Positions 39,797 through 50,103 of a stretch of 64,000 bases of DNA are shown in pieces. A model generated the notes under the pieces. The model was not told where the DNA came from. It worked only from the letters and a program-made list of their open reading frames with translations, and did not search any database. A program made the translations under genes and the position numbers. This DNA is from Chitinophagaceae bacterium. Lineage in GTDB: Bacteria; Bacteroidota; Bacteroidia; Chitinophagales; Chitinophagaceae. Positions within the stretch are counted from its first letter, which is position 1. Every line of letters begins with the position of its first letter. The stretch covers positions 64,954 through 128,953 of the forward strand of contig JBDSXW010000051.1 in assembly GCA_039925965.1 (NCBI GenBank), written 5' to 3'.

Positions 39797-39830
39797 AATC
39801 AGACATCAGACATCCGACATCAAAAAATCG
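39797..39830. repeat. GACATCA-word array (reverse complement of the 26540-26628 family)
   Basis: aatcagacatcagacatccgacatcaaaaaatcg is the reverse complement of gattttttgatgtcggatgtctgatgtctgatt. It ends 6 bp before the ATG at 39837. Confidence 0.85.
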
Positions 39831-39836
39831 TAAACG

Positions 39837-41030
39837 ATGGTTCCAGAAATCCGCAAAGCCTTTAACGCCGCCTTCACCGCTGAGAGATACGACGGTTATT
39901 TAAAAGAATTATTCAGCGTTCACCCGGGCGACTTGGTGTTCAGAGTAGCGGAAACTCCGGTATTTATTGACAAGGCTTTTAAGCAGAAAGTACTGGATGC
40001 CTGTGAGAGTATTGTGGATGTAATTGTACGACCCGATTTCAAAGAACTTACCAAAAACGCCATCCCGGACAATGTAAAAGTGGCCAACGAAAATGAGTTT
40101 TCTCATTTCATCGCTTTCGATTTTGGTATCTGCGTGGATGAAGCCGGAAACTATACCCCACAGCTCATCGAAATGCAGGGCTTCCCCACCCTTTTTGCCT
40201 ACCAGATTTTACATACAGAGATCACCAGGAATCACTTTCCCATACCAGCGAACTACGATAGTTATCTCAACGGCTTCACCAAAGAAACATATATCCCGTT
40301 TTTGAAAGAGGTGATCATTGGTAAACACAAGCCCGAAAATGTGATCCTGCTGGAGATCTATCCTGACGAACAAAAGACGAGAATCGACTTCAGGTGCACC
40401 GAAGATTATGTAGGTATTAAAACCGTTTGCCTTACTAAATTAAAAGCCGATGGCCGCGATTTATATTACGAAAAAGATGGGCAAAGAATAGCCGTCAACT
40501 GTATCTATAACCGCCTCATCTTCGATGACCTCGAACAGCAGGTATTGCCCGAAGGCACAATTGATATTACCAAAGACTGGAACGTTGACTGGTGCCCCCA
40601 CCCTGCCTGGTTTTACCGCATCAGTAAATACACGCTACCGCTGATCAACAGCCCCTATGTGCCAGAGACCCGTTACCTCAGCGATATAAAAGAAATGCCA
40701 GCTAACCTCGAAGATTATGTACTAAAACCATTGTTCTCCTTTGCCGGCCAGGGCGTAGTAATCGACATTACGCCAGAAGACATCACATCCATCAAAGATC
40801 CGCACAACTGGATCCTGCAACGCAAGGTAAAATATGCTGATGTGATCCAAACCCCTGACATTCCCGCCAAGGCCGAGATCCGTATTTTCTATTTCTGGAA
40901 AGAAGGTGAACTGAGACCCATCGCTACTCAAAACCTCGCCCGCCTTAGTAAAGGCAAGATGATCGGCGTACGGTATAATGCCGATAAAGAATGGGTGGGT
41001 GGCACGCTGGCGTATTTTGAAAAAGACTAG
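39837..41030 (+). CDS. Conserved hypothetical protein, possibly ATP-grasp-like (weak)
   Basis: A 397 aa ORF with good coding character. DYVLKPLFSFAGQGVVI and a late E.RIFYF pattern are reminiscent of ATP-grasp enzymes. The function is not established. Confidence 0.45.
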   Translation: MVPEIRKAFNAAFTAERYDGYLKELFSVHPGDLVFRVAETPVFIDKAFKQKVLDACESIVDVIVRPDFKELTKNAIPDNVKVANENEFSHFIAFDFGICVDEAGNYTPQLIEMQGFPTLFAYQILHTEITRNHFPIPANYDSYLNGFTKETYIPFLKEVIIGKHKPENVILLEIYPDEQKTRIDFRCTEDYVGIKTVCLTKLKADGRDLYYEKDGQRIAVNCIYNRLIFDDLEQQVLPEGTIDITKDWNVDWCPHPAWFYRISKYTLPLINSPYVPETRYLSDIKEMPANLEDYVLKPLFSFAGQGVVIDITPEDITSIKDPHNWILQRKVKYADVIQTPDIPAKAEIRIFYFWKEGELRPIATQNLARLSKGKMIGVRYNADKEWVGGTLAYFEKD

Positions 41031-41512
41031 CCATAATGGATAATGGAGTAATTGATAGTGAAAGTCCGTGAGTTAGCATCCGGCAAGGGCTGGCGTTCGC
41101 CCATGCATGGTTTACGCCAGGCGAATAATAGAGGCATGCGACCAACACCTCCTATATCGACTATCAGCACAAATGTTTACTGCGCCTGATGTAAGCTTCA
41201 GGTAACTACAACACTGATGCGGCGCAGGAACCCGGGACGGCCCCTCGGCTCCGAAAGTTGCTTCGAGCATAATCAGAAACCGTGGGTTTCGTGTCCCCAT
41301 GAACCACTCAAAATCATTAACTAATAACGATAACCACCACTGGGAAAACCCATGCCTTATTATTTCAATGCCCGAACTTTGGCTATGGATAGTTATTATT
41401 TGAAGCCGTTCAAATTCAGTGGTTAGTAGGGACACTAACCACGACTCTTGACACTAACGATTGCTGTAATTTTGCCAACCCGGTTTCATTCGGCTGTAGA
41501 AATTATAGGGCA

Positions 41513-42535
41513 TCATTTCGACCTCGCCTTCACCAAACAATCCTCTAATTCCTTCATCATATTTTTACTACCGATAAACATTGCCGAACGCTGGTGTAGT
41601 TCGGTGGGCTTTACATCCAATATCCGTTCAAAGCCGTTAGTAGCGAGGCCGCCGGCTACGCCTACGATAAAGGCCATGGGGTTACACTCGTATTGTAAAC
41701 GGAGTTTACCGCCGGGTTTGCCAGTAGTTCCGGGATACATAAAGAATCCGCCTTTTAGGAGGTTGCGGTGAACATCGGCTACCATGCTGCCAATATAGCG
41801 CTGGGTATACGGCCCGCCATTGTCTGTGGTTTTATACTGGCAGTGGTGAATATAATCCTGCACGCCTTTTTCATATTGCTGAAAATTTCCATGATTTACA
41901 CTGTAGATCTTTCCATCATCGGGACATTTGATATCGGGGTGGCTGAGGCAGAACTCGCCAATAGAAGGATCAAGCGTAAAGCCATTCACTCCCCGGCGGG
42001 TTGCATGCACCATCATCGTGCTGCTACCATAAATGATATAACCTGCGGCCACAATTTTATTACCTGGCTGTAAAAAGTCTTCAATCGTACAAGGCGTACC
42101 CAATGGCGTAACGCGGCGGCATATGCTGAAGATGGTGCCGATGCTTACATTCACATCGATATTGCCACTGCCATCCAAAGGATCCATGAGCAACACGTAT
42201 TTGCTGTTGTTGCTCAATGGGTCGTCGAAGACTACTATTTCATCGTTTTCTTCACTGCCTACACCGGCGCAATAGATACTGTGGTTAAGCACATTGATAA
42301 ACACATTGTTGGCAAACTCATCCAGTTTCTGCACTTCCTCGCCCTGCACATTTTCTTTGCCGGCGGCGCCTAATATATCAGCCAGGCCTGCCTGATTTAC
42401 TTCTGCATTGATACGCTTCGCAGCAAGGCCTATACCCCTGAACAAACCACTTAGTTCGCCAGTGGCAGCGGGGAAATTTCTTAGCTCCTGGATAGTGAAT
42501 TCATCCAGTGTCATTAATTTTCGGGATTGGGTCAT
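41513..42535 (-). CDS. fbp: Fructose-1,6-bisphosphatase class 1
   Basis: [29 protein letters not shown] and GGFFMYPG motifs are present. The ATG at 42535 ([13 protein letters not shown]...) is preferred over 42601. Confidence 0.9.
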   Translation of the reverse strand: MTQSRKLMTLDEFTIQELRNFPAATGELSGLFRGIGLAAKRINAEVNQAGLADILGAAGKENVQGEEVQKLDEFANNVFINVLNHSIYCAGVGSEENDEIVVFDDPLSNNSKYVLLMDPLDGSGNIDVNVSIGTIFSICRRVTPLGTPCTIEDFLQPGNKIVAAGYIIYGSSTMMVHATRRGVNGFTLDPSIGEFCLSHPDIKCPDDGKIYSVNHGNFQQYEKGVQDYIHHCQYKTTDNGGPYTQRYIGSMVADVHRNLLKGGFFMYPGTTGKPGGKLRLQYECNPMAFIVGVAGGLATNGFERILDVKPTELHQRSAMFIGSKNMMKELEDCLVKARSK

Positions 42536-42733
42536 GGCAGTCTTTTTAGGATTGCTAATATCCAACTTCATGTTGAAAGAAGGTAGAATTATTTTGTTCA
42601 CAACTTAACAAAATAATGCCGGATTATGCCGCTGGTTCTCGTCAAACCAAACGAACAGTATTGCCGGAACAAATACGGCTAAAATGACGAAATACGAGCG
42701 GGTTGTGTAGTGAAAAGGTTTACCAAAGAAATA

Positions 42734-44869
42734 TTATCGCCGGGAAAGGATCTGCACTTTATTCATTTTGATGGTGAGCCCTTCTTTGGCCTTCATCCCG
42801 GGATCCATGTCGAGGTAGTTGATTTTGCCCCCGGTCATGGTAAAACTATTCAGGTTCTGCAGATGGAGATAAGCAAAATAAGAACTGGTTACTTTAACGT
42901 TCAAAGCCAAACCCTCCCTGGCTCTTAACACCGAAGGCGCATCAAAACTACAGTTGGTAAAGCTGGTGGCTGCACCACCCCAAATATCTATGCCACCGGT
43001 GCAATTGTCAAAACTACCCCCATCGCATTGGCCGCCCAGCAGGTTACAGTTGGTGGCTTTCAAAACTGCGCTGGTTTGGTAGAGCTTGAAACTGCTGTTG
43101 GTAATAACAATGGGTTGTCCTGGCGGGTTGTTCTCCATAGTAAATTCAAAAGGTGCCACGAAATCCTTTCCGTTTTCCAACACATAGTCATTAGTGGGCA
43201 ATTGTTTAACGCCGTCCATTTCGAAGTACAAACGCTGCCCCAGCACCCCACCACCTGAATAATGATGCAGCGCCAGCTTCAGCGCATTCATAATAGTTAG
43301 ATTGCGGAACAGGCAACTTACATTAGGATGGATATACATAGTGTGTCCTTCGGCCATACGACCATCGTCATTGAACAAAATCGTAGCATTACTGATGGTG
43401 GTAATATTGCCGTCTATCCATTCAATATTGGCGGTAGTGGGTGACAGAATTCCAGTAACGCGGCACCTAGCTTTTTGCAATATCAACCTTAATTTGTTTC
43501 CCTGTTTAAAAATATCGCCAGTCATGGCGCCAGTTACCAAATGCAGCTGGTTACTGCCGGCCACGCTATGCCCCGCCTGCCTGATGAATGTTTCCTTACC
43601 CAAAGCATCGGTAACATACACGTCAAAATAATCAATGGTATACGCGATACTTTTATCCAACTCCAGGTCTTTGGTATTCTCAAAATTATTGACCAGTTTC
43701 CGGATAACACATTTGAGCGCATTCTCCACCCCAATTACCGGGTAGCGGTCACGCTCGGGGATATAACTATTAAAATTGTAATAGGAAAAGCCAGGAACAG
43801 ACATGGACAAAGTTTTTCCGTTGACAGTACCCGCGTCCGTATATTTTTTAAGTATTGGGATTCCGCCACCATCAAAAGTGGACCCCTCGATCAGCAATTT
43901 TTTTGCGCCATTGACGGCATTGAGGTGTTGTGCAGGGACCTGTGAGAAAATAGCGAGCGGCTGATAGTTACTCCAGTTACAGTCGCGGATGGTGTACTCG
44001 CAAAAATCTTTCACGGTGCCGTTGCTATTCCAGCGGCCGCCGCGACTGGTGGTGAAAGCGGCATCAAAGCCAGCTTTTCCTTCAATATCCACCCTTTCAA
44101 ACAAGACCTTCATCACCTGAAAATCAGCGTAGCTGGTGCGGCACACCACATTATTATTCCGGATGGCGGTGGACGCACGATCGGCACCGATAATTGTGAA
44201 ATCCCGGAATATTTTAGATTCTATTACCCCATTTGGCACGGCATCTGCGTAAAACAGGTCAAACTGAAATTCTTCCTCGGGCTTGAGGTATACCAGGTCT
44301 TCCGCCCCTGTTTTTATTTTAGTTTTTTCCTTACCGAGGCCTTTTATTTCAATATTACCTTTTAGAATAAAGCCCGAAGTGTTGCCGCCATCGTTACGCC
44401 CGTGGCTTCTGCAGAGTTCGCTAAAAAATGGCACTACGTAGGCAGTGCCCGTATAGTTGAGCAACAGTTGTTTTTTGCCATTGGCCGCACAGTAGTCAAG
44501 GCCTTTTTGAATCGCGTCGAAATTATTGGTGCCCATCAATGCTTCTGTATTTTGCACATTTACTGCCTGGCTTTGATGCGGGCTTTCAATAATGGCTTTC
44601 TGGTTTTTTACATCTTTGATAATCGCGTTCAGGCTAAGAGTTTGAGAAGTATAGGCCGCATACAACCGGGCATTTTTAATAGCAATTACCTTACCAACGT
44701 CAGCCGCCGAAAACTGGTAATTGGTAGCGGTCACAGTGTTGCCCTGCAATGAAACGGTCATGCGTTTAAAATCTGCTTTCAAGCCAAATTGCGCTACATC
44801 TACTGCCTGTGCCCTGTTGACTTTTTGAATAGCGATTATTAAAACAAGAACAAGGGTAATTTTTTTCAT
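42734..44869 (-). CDS. Secreted right-handed parallel beta-helix / pectate-lyase-superfamily-like protein
   Basis: ATG at 44869 (MKKITLVLVLIIAIQKVNRAQA). NNFDAIQKGLDYCAANGKKQLLLNYTGTAYV resembles the Pectate_lyase_3 N-terminus. Repetitive beta-strand-like segments follow. Confidence 0.55.
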   Translation of the reverse strand: MKKITLVLVLIIAIQKVNRAQAVDVAQFGLKADFKRMTVSLQGNTVTATNYQFSAADVGKVIAIKNARLYAAYTSQTLSLNAIIKDVKNQKAIIESPHQSQAVNVQNTEALMGTNNFDAIQKGLDYCAANGKKQLLLNYTGTAYVVPFFSELCRSHGRNDGGNTSGFILKGNIEIKGLGKEKTKIKTGAEDLVYLKPEEEFQFDLFYADAVPNGVIESKIFRDFTIIGADRASTAIRNNNVVCRTSYADFQVMKVLFERVDIEGKAGFDAAFTTSRGGRWNSNGTVKDFCEYTIRDCNWSNYQPLAIFSQVPAQHLNAVNGAKKLLIEGSTFDGGGIPILKKYTDAGTVNGKTLSMSVPGFSYYNFNSYIPERDRYPVIGVENALKCVIRKLVNNFENTKDLELDKSIAYTIDYFDVYVTDALGKETFIRQAGHSVAGSNQLHLVTGAMTGDIFKQGNKLRLILQKARCRVTGILSPTTANIEWIDGNITTISNATILFNDDGRMAEGHTMYIHPNVSCLFRNLTIMNALKLALHHYSGGGVLGQRLYFEMDGVKQLPTNDYVLENGKDFVAPFEFTMENNPPGQPIVITNSSFKLYQTSAVLKATNCNLLGGQCDGGSFDNCTGGIDIWGGAATSFTNCSFDAPSVLRAREGLALNVKVTSSYFAYLHLQNLNSFTMTGGKINYLDMDPGMKAKEGLTIKMNKVQILSRR

Positions 44870-44933
44870 GGATTTATTTTTGCCGCCACAGTCAAACATA
44901 TTATGGAACACCGGCATAAAGAAAAGGGGCTTT

Positions 44934-45953
44934 TTATAATTGCAGCCCTTCAATTACTCCGATCATCGCTTCCACCATATCGGGCCACACATCCAAATGA
45001 AAAACCATTCGTATGGCAGTTTTGGAAATAGGCAGGCAACGGATATTATGTGCATGCAACGCATCAATCATTTGCTGTGCCGTGTAGCCTGTTGCCATTT
45101 CAAAAATGAGGATATTAGTTTCAACGGGCACAATGCTTTTTACAAATGATTTTTTCGCGACCGCTTCACCTACCATCCTTGCATGCCGGTGATCATCCAC
45201 CAACCGATGTACATTATTTTGAAACGCGTAGATACCTGCAGCTGCCAGGTAACCAGCCTGCCGCATGCCGCCGCCAAATTTTTTTCGCACCCGCCTGGCT
45301 TCTTTAATAAAATCCTTTTTGCCCAACAGCAAACTGCCTACCGGCGTTCCCAGCCCCTTGCTGAGGCAGATAGAAATACTGTCGAATACTTCGCCATATT
45401 GTTTGGGGTTTTCCCGCTTGGCCACCAGAGCGTTAAATAGCCTGGCGCCGTCGAGATGCAGTCCCAGCTTGTGTTCCAGGCATACCTGCTTTATGTCCAG
45501 TATATCTTTAAAGTCATAACAACTGCCGCCGCCACGGTTGGCGGTGTTCTCCAGGCAAACCAGGCTGGTCCTGGCCTTATGCAAGTCGTCGGGGTTAATG
45601 GCGTCCAACACCTGTTCGGCTTTTATACGGCCACGATCGCCCTTTAGTGGTTTTACCTGAGCCCCGCTATTAAAGGCAATACCACCACCTTCGTAAATGT
45701 ACACATGGCTAAGGTCGTCGCAGATTACTTCGTCTCCCGGATTTGTATGTACATTTATTCCAATTTGATTGGTCATGGTACCGCTGGGGCAAAACAAGGC
45801 CGCCTCCATGCCAAATATGCCGGCACCCATCGCTTCCAGTTCATTGATGCTCGGGTCTTCGCCAAACACATCATCACCCACCGGCGCTTTAAACATCGCC
45901 TCCAGCATCTCAATGGTAGGTTTGGTAAAAGTATCAGAACGGAGATCGGTCAT
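44934..45953 (-). CDS. ltaE: Low-specificity L-threonine aldolase (PLP-dependent)
   Basis: ATG at 45953 gives [40 protein letters not shown]...PSGTMTNQ...KGLG. Confidence 0.9.
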   Translation of the reverse strand: MTDLRSDTFTKPTIEMLEAMFKAPVGDDVFGEDPSINELEAMGAGIFGMEAALFCPSGTMTNQIGINVHTNPGDEVICDDLSHVYIYEGGGIAFNSGAQVKPLKGDRGRIKAEQVLDAINPDDLHKARTSLVCLENTANRGGGSCYDFKDILDIKQVCLEHKLGLHLDGARLFNALVAKRENPKQYGEVFDSISICLSKGLGTPVGSLLLGKKDFIKEARRVRKKFGGGMRQAGYLAAAGIYAFQNNVHRLVDDHRHARMVGEAVAKKSFVKSIVPVETNILIFEMATGYTAQQMIDALHAHNIRCLPISKTAIRMVFHLDVWPDMVEAMIGVIEGLQL

Positions 45954-46106
45954 TTGATTTATGATTTGTGATTTCGGATTTACGATTTGTACCTGCATCG
46001 TTTGGCCTTTAATTCCCTTGTTTGATTATTTGCAATTTTGTCAATTACACATCTGCATATTTGCACATTACCTCATTTTCCCACCTCCATAGCTTCCATT
46101 TTCACA

Positions 46107-49100
46107 TTACTTAAATCCAAGCTGTTTGCTGTCTGCGTCGCCCATTTTGCCAATAAATTCTTTGAAGCCTGCATACTCGCTTACGGGCACCTGTTCTTTT
46201 AAATATTTTACTTCACGGGTTGCTACCATGCGATCGGGTTTGGTGGGGTCGATCGTAAAATTGAGCGCATAACTCATCGAAGGACAACTGAGGGTGACAT
46301 TCTTTGGTACTTCCGCTAACTTTTTTCCGGCAGGCAATACGATAGTCATCTCTTCCTTGTCTCTCGGCGTAGAGCTGAAGCTCCAGAGATTGAAAGGATA
46401 TTTGCGTGTTTCCAGGCTTACAAAATCAAGCGAGCCATAACTGTCGCTCCATGGCAATTTAAAGATCTGCATCCCCACAATTTCGCTTGTAAAATTATCT
46501 AATGTAAACCTATAATTCATGTCAATAGTATCGCGGAGATTATCCAGGTTGGTCATGGTAAAAGATTTTAAACTCACCTTTTTATTAAACTCGCCACTCA
46601 GCGATTTCAGCAGTCCTTTATCGCGATCCTCGGCGCCCTGGTCTTTATAAGCGCCTCTTGTAGCCGACGCCTCGGCGCCCATTTTTTTGCTGCTCCTTTC
46701 TATGTCTACATTACTGCCCTTAAAAATGACCGTACTGGTTCTGTCTACAAAATTAGCGGGGCGGTTAGGTGTGTTTAATTTTACCAAACCCGCACTGGTA
46801 GCGATTTCGCCTTCTTTTGGAATATACAGACCATTGGCATTCAGATCGTGGTAACTTAAAGCGCCGAAGGGCAAATAGTTGTCTGTGAGCTCAATCAGGT
46901 AATTTTTATCGCCGGTCTTTAACTGCGCGATGCAATGGTTAAAACCAATGGTAGGCAGGTCCAGGTTTCTATCACCGTTATCGCGTGTATCCACCAGCAC
47001 CAGGTTCGCATTCAAGCCCACTTCTTTGCCCAGCGCCACGAACAATGTGCTGAGGTCTTTACAATCGCCCAGCCTGGTGGTAATGGTGCGGCTGGCTCGT
47101 TGTGGCGTCAGAGCGCTGTGTAAAAAAGGCACGTCGCTGTAATTGAAATTATTTTGTATGTATTCGTAAATGGTTTTTGCTTTTTGCAGATCGGTAAGAT
47201 TTTGTTTACCGGCAAAAATTTCCTTTACTTTTTCTTTCACTTCAAAATCCCCCTTTGCTTTGATGCTGCTCAGGTCGCTGTACCAGTTAGCCACATAATT
47301 CCAGTCGGGGATTGAAGTAACAACTACCCTTTCGGCCACGTCTGTAAAAGGCGGCATATTTACTTCGCCGTTTACACCCGGGTTTTCCATTTTTTCCCAT
47401 ACATGCAGTTTGTAGTCGTCTACGTCGCTAATCATTGGCTTTACATCGGTATTGTACATTTTATACTGGAACTTTTTATCTTTTGGTACCAGCAGGCTGT
47501 AGCGGCAGATTTTCATCGGATAGCCACCGTTAAAATTGAAATCTTCCCAAAAATGCTCGGCGAGTTTACCATAACTGCTACTCTCCAGTTTATAACTCAG
47601 GTGCACCGCATCGCCTATTTCCAGCGATGAATACACAATCTGATTTTCGTTGGTTTCGGCCTGAACCTTACTACCATCTTTCTTCAGCAGTTCGGCTTTA
47701 TCGATGATCAGGCGCTGGGTATAATTGTTGTATGGAATGTTCATTTCCTTCCAGGTATCGATACCGCTTTGATTGAGCACTTTGATGAGTATCTCGTTGC
47801 GTTCTTCCGATGCACCACTTTCGGGATACACTACCTGCTGCATGTCTTTCAGCAGGTATACGCTGTTGTCGTTGGGATAGTCCGCTTGCTTAATCGTATT
47901 TTTCACGAGCGCATTAATGTCTTCTGTTTTAAAGCTGGCGAACAGGTCTTTACGACCCTCCAGTTCACGTAATTTCTTCCTGGCATCGTAGTTATTGGGG
48001 TTAAATTCGATCGCTTTTTTCAGCGATGTTTTGGCTTCTGATTTATTGCCCTGCGCATCCAGTATCAGTGCCTTGCTGTAATGCATGCTACCCACATAAG
48101 GGGCCAGCGCAATAGCTTTTTGCTGCCATTCCAGCGCACTTTTATAATCCTGCTGATCGTAATACTTATCGCTCAGGCTGGTATACCGGCCAGTTGTATA
48201 AGGCTTATCCTCGATAATTTTTTTCAACATTTTCATGCCTTCCTCCTTCTTGCCCAGCTTCATCAGGTTGCTGCTTACCGTTTCGGTTATTTGTTCATCG
48301 TAATGGTCTTTCAGGTAATTTTCCAGCAATGCATTGCTTTTCTTCATATCCTTTGTCACGTTTTGTACCACACCATATTGCATCACTAAAAAACTACGGC
48401 TGTCAGGATAAGTTTTAAAGGCATAGTCAAGTTCTTTCAGCAGTTTTTCTACTTCTTTTCGCTTCCCCATCAGGTCGATGGTCTTGGTTTCGGTTTCTTC
48501 ATTTTTTCCATATACTGCCACGCGTTTGTCGAGCAATGTCTGGGCTTCAGTATAATCTTCTTTATTGATCGCATCGTTGTACATCAGCGCCAGGCCGTAC
48601 AGGCTTTCGGGATCGTTGGTCTTCACAAATTCCATCTCCTTTGTGAGATCGGTATTGTTATTATCCCTGGCAAAGGTCTCCACGATTTTTTCGGAAACGA
48701 TGGTGCTGTTGGGCGATGATTTTTTTAATTGGGCAGCCATTCTCCGGCTTTCAAACCGCTTGTCGTTATGGCTGTAAGTATTCAGCAGCAGCATCATATC
48801 CAGGAAGCTGCCAGCGTTTTTTGCAAGGCGGTTCTCAAAAAAATCTTCCGCAAACACAGGCACTTTGGTTACCGTGTATGGCTGGGCCTTTTGGTAGGGT
48901 TGTTGGATAGGGGAACCGGTGAGTGGCATCACCTGGCCAGCCGCATCGGTAAAGCGAAGCATAAAATTGCTGTTGGATAATTCACTGCTGCCAATTTGCA
49001 CCAGGATCCGGTTGTTCCCTTTCTGCAATTTCGCCTTGTAATTATACACATCCAGATCGGTATTCCGCTCTTCTGCCTCCTGGCCTACCAGAAAATCATT

Positions 49101-49856
49101 GATCCAGATCTTAAACGAGCCCGACAGGCCGAACATCAGTGTTACATCTTTGTCGGCATCGCTACTGATAAATGTCTGCGCATAAATAATGGAACTGTTG
49201 ATATCATAATGAAATTCAAAATCGAGCCAGCGGTCGTTGCGGGCATCCGGGATATTGAACCAGTTAACACTGGCACCGCGGTTATTTTTAAAAACATAGC
49301 CTGCCTCGGGATGACTCAGTACACCATAATCTTTATTAAAACCACTGGCGCTTACATTTTCGAAAACACCCACGGTGCTCCAACCCCTTACATCTCCCAT
49401 TTTATTCCAGGTTTCCCGCGATTGTTTGATATCACCCTTGCTCTGAAGGCGGCCAGCGAGGTTATCCCAGGCCATGGCTTTGATGGTGGCATTGGCTTTT
49501 GGATCGTTCACTATTTTCTCCATCATCCTTTTTACATCACCCGCAGTTTTGTCGCCACGGCCAAAAATGCCGGTCGTCCACAGTGCATACACGTAGGGAT
49601 AGGGATCCGGGGAACCATTGAAAAATTTTTGAAAATGGCTGAAGGCCTCGTCCCAATGTTCGTTCGATGATTCCAGCAACACCATGGCCAGCTCAGCATC
49701 CGCGGCATAGGTCGCGTCACCTTCAAGCGCCGTCAGGGCTGTTTTAGCTTCCGCTCTTTTATTATCGTTTAATAATTTTAATGCTTGTTGAAAATTTTGG
49801 GCCGTAGAAAAAAGGCTAAAAAAACAAAAAGTCAGAATAATCGAAGCAATTCTCAT
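46107..49856 (-). CDS. Large secreted TPR-repeat / DUF3857 / transglutaminase-like domain protein
   Basis: 1249 aa with a signal peptide and TPR-like helical repeats in the N-terminal and central regions. A transglutaminase-core Cys motif RLGDCKDLSTLFVALGKEVGL lies in the C-terminal third. Confidence 0.7.
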   Translation of the reverse strand: MRIASIILTFCFFSLFSTAQNFQQALKLLNDNKRAEAKTALTALEGDATYAADAELAMVLLESSNEHWDEAFSHFQKFFNGSPDPYPYVYALWTTGIFGRGDKTAGDVKRMMEKIVNDPKANATIKAMAWDNLAGRLQSKGDIKQSRETWNKMGDVRGWSTVGVFENVSASGFNKDYGVLSHPEAGYVFKNNRGASVNWFNIPDARNDRWLDFEFHYDINSSIIYAQTFISSDADKDVTLMFGLSGSFKIWINDFLVGQEAEERNTDLDVYNYKAKLQKGNNRILVQIGSSELSNSNFMLRFTDAAGQVMPLTGSPIQQPYQKAQPYTVTKVPVFAEDFFENRLAKNAGSFLDMMLLLNTYSHNDKRFESRRMAAQLKKSSPNSTIVSEKIVETFARDNNNTDLTKEMEFVKTNDPESLYGLALMYNDAINKEDYTEAQTLLDKRVAVYGKNEETETKTIDLMGKRKEVEKLLKELDYAFKTYPDSRSFLVMQYGVVQNVTKDMKKSNALLENYLKDHYDEQITETVSSNLMKLGKKEEGMKMLKKIIEDKPYTTGRYTSLSDKYYDQQDYKSALEWQQKAIALAPYVGSMHYSKALILDAQGNKSEAKTSLKKAIEFNPNNYDARKKLRELEGRKDLFASFKTEDINALVKNTIKQADYPNDNSVYLLKDMQQVVYPESGASEERNEILIKVLNQSGIDTWKEMNIPYNNYTQRLIIDKAELLKKDGSKVQAETNENQIVYSSLEIGDAVHLSYKLESSSYGKLAEHFWEDFNFNGGYPMKICRYSLLVPKDKKFQYKMYNTDVKPMISDVDDYKLHVWEKMENPGVNGEVNMPPFTDVAERVVVTSIPDWNYVANWYSDLSSIKAKGDFEVKEKVKEIFAGKQNLTDLQKAKTIYEYIQNNFNYSDVPFLHSALTPQRASRTITTRLGDCKDLSTLFVALGKEVGLNANLVLVDTRDNGDRNLDLPTIGFNHCIAQLKTGDKNYLIELTDNYLPFGALSYHDLNANGLYIPKEGEIATSAGLVKLNTPNRPANFVDRTSTVIFKGSNVDIERSSKKMGAEASATRGAYKDQGAEDRDKGLLKSLSGEFNKKVSLKSFTMTNLDNLRDTIDMNYRFTLDNFTSEIVGMQIFKLPWSDSYGSLDFVSLETRKYPFNLWSFSSTPRDKEEMTIVLPAGKKLAEVPKNVTLSCPSMSYALNFTIDPTKPDRMVATREVKYLKEQVPVSEYAGFKEFIGKMGDADSKQLGFK

Positions 49857-50103
49857 GTAGGGTTTAATGTTTGAGTACCAAACGTAAGGGAAAAAGAAGT
49901 TGGAAAATTTTTTGGGGGACGGTTTGTGATTTTTTTCAGGAAGCGGTGTTTGACTTAGGCTGGCACAGCGTTGCGCTCATTTTTCCGAAAAATTGGGAAG
50001 GTTACCAACAATCATCTTTGAGCTTGTAAATGATCACCCAAATAATAACGGCGCATGAAGAGTACCGGCTTGAAATCGTTTAGACCAATACATTTGCATC
50101 CGC

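Noticed and set aside
41060-41300. RNase P RNA (contains GAAAGTCCG and a CAGGAACCCGGGA segment reminiscent of CR-I and CR-V)
   Set aside because: The two motifs are only about 160 nt apart. The total structured core (about 240 nt) is too small for type A RNase P. P4 pairing requires many wobbles, and other conserved regions were not found. tmRNA was also rejected: there is no GGGG...TTCGAC 5' end, no tag ORF ending in ALAA and no T-arm/CCA end.
44870-44953. Overlap of the beta-helix gene with the threonine aldolase gene suggested by the ORF track
   Set aside because: The internal ATG at 44869 gives a canonical signal peptide (MKKITLVLVLIIAIQ). The upstream extension has no such features, so there is no real overlap.
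45954-45998. N-terminal extension of the threonine aldolase ORF ([15 protein letters not shown])
   Set aside because: The extension is encoded by a GATTT-word repeat (catttgatttatgatttgtgatttcggatttacgatttg). The family N-terminus starts at MTDLRSDTF.
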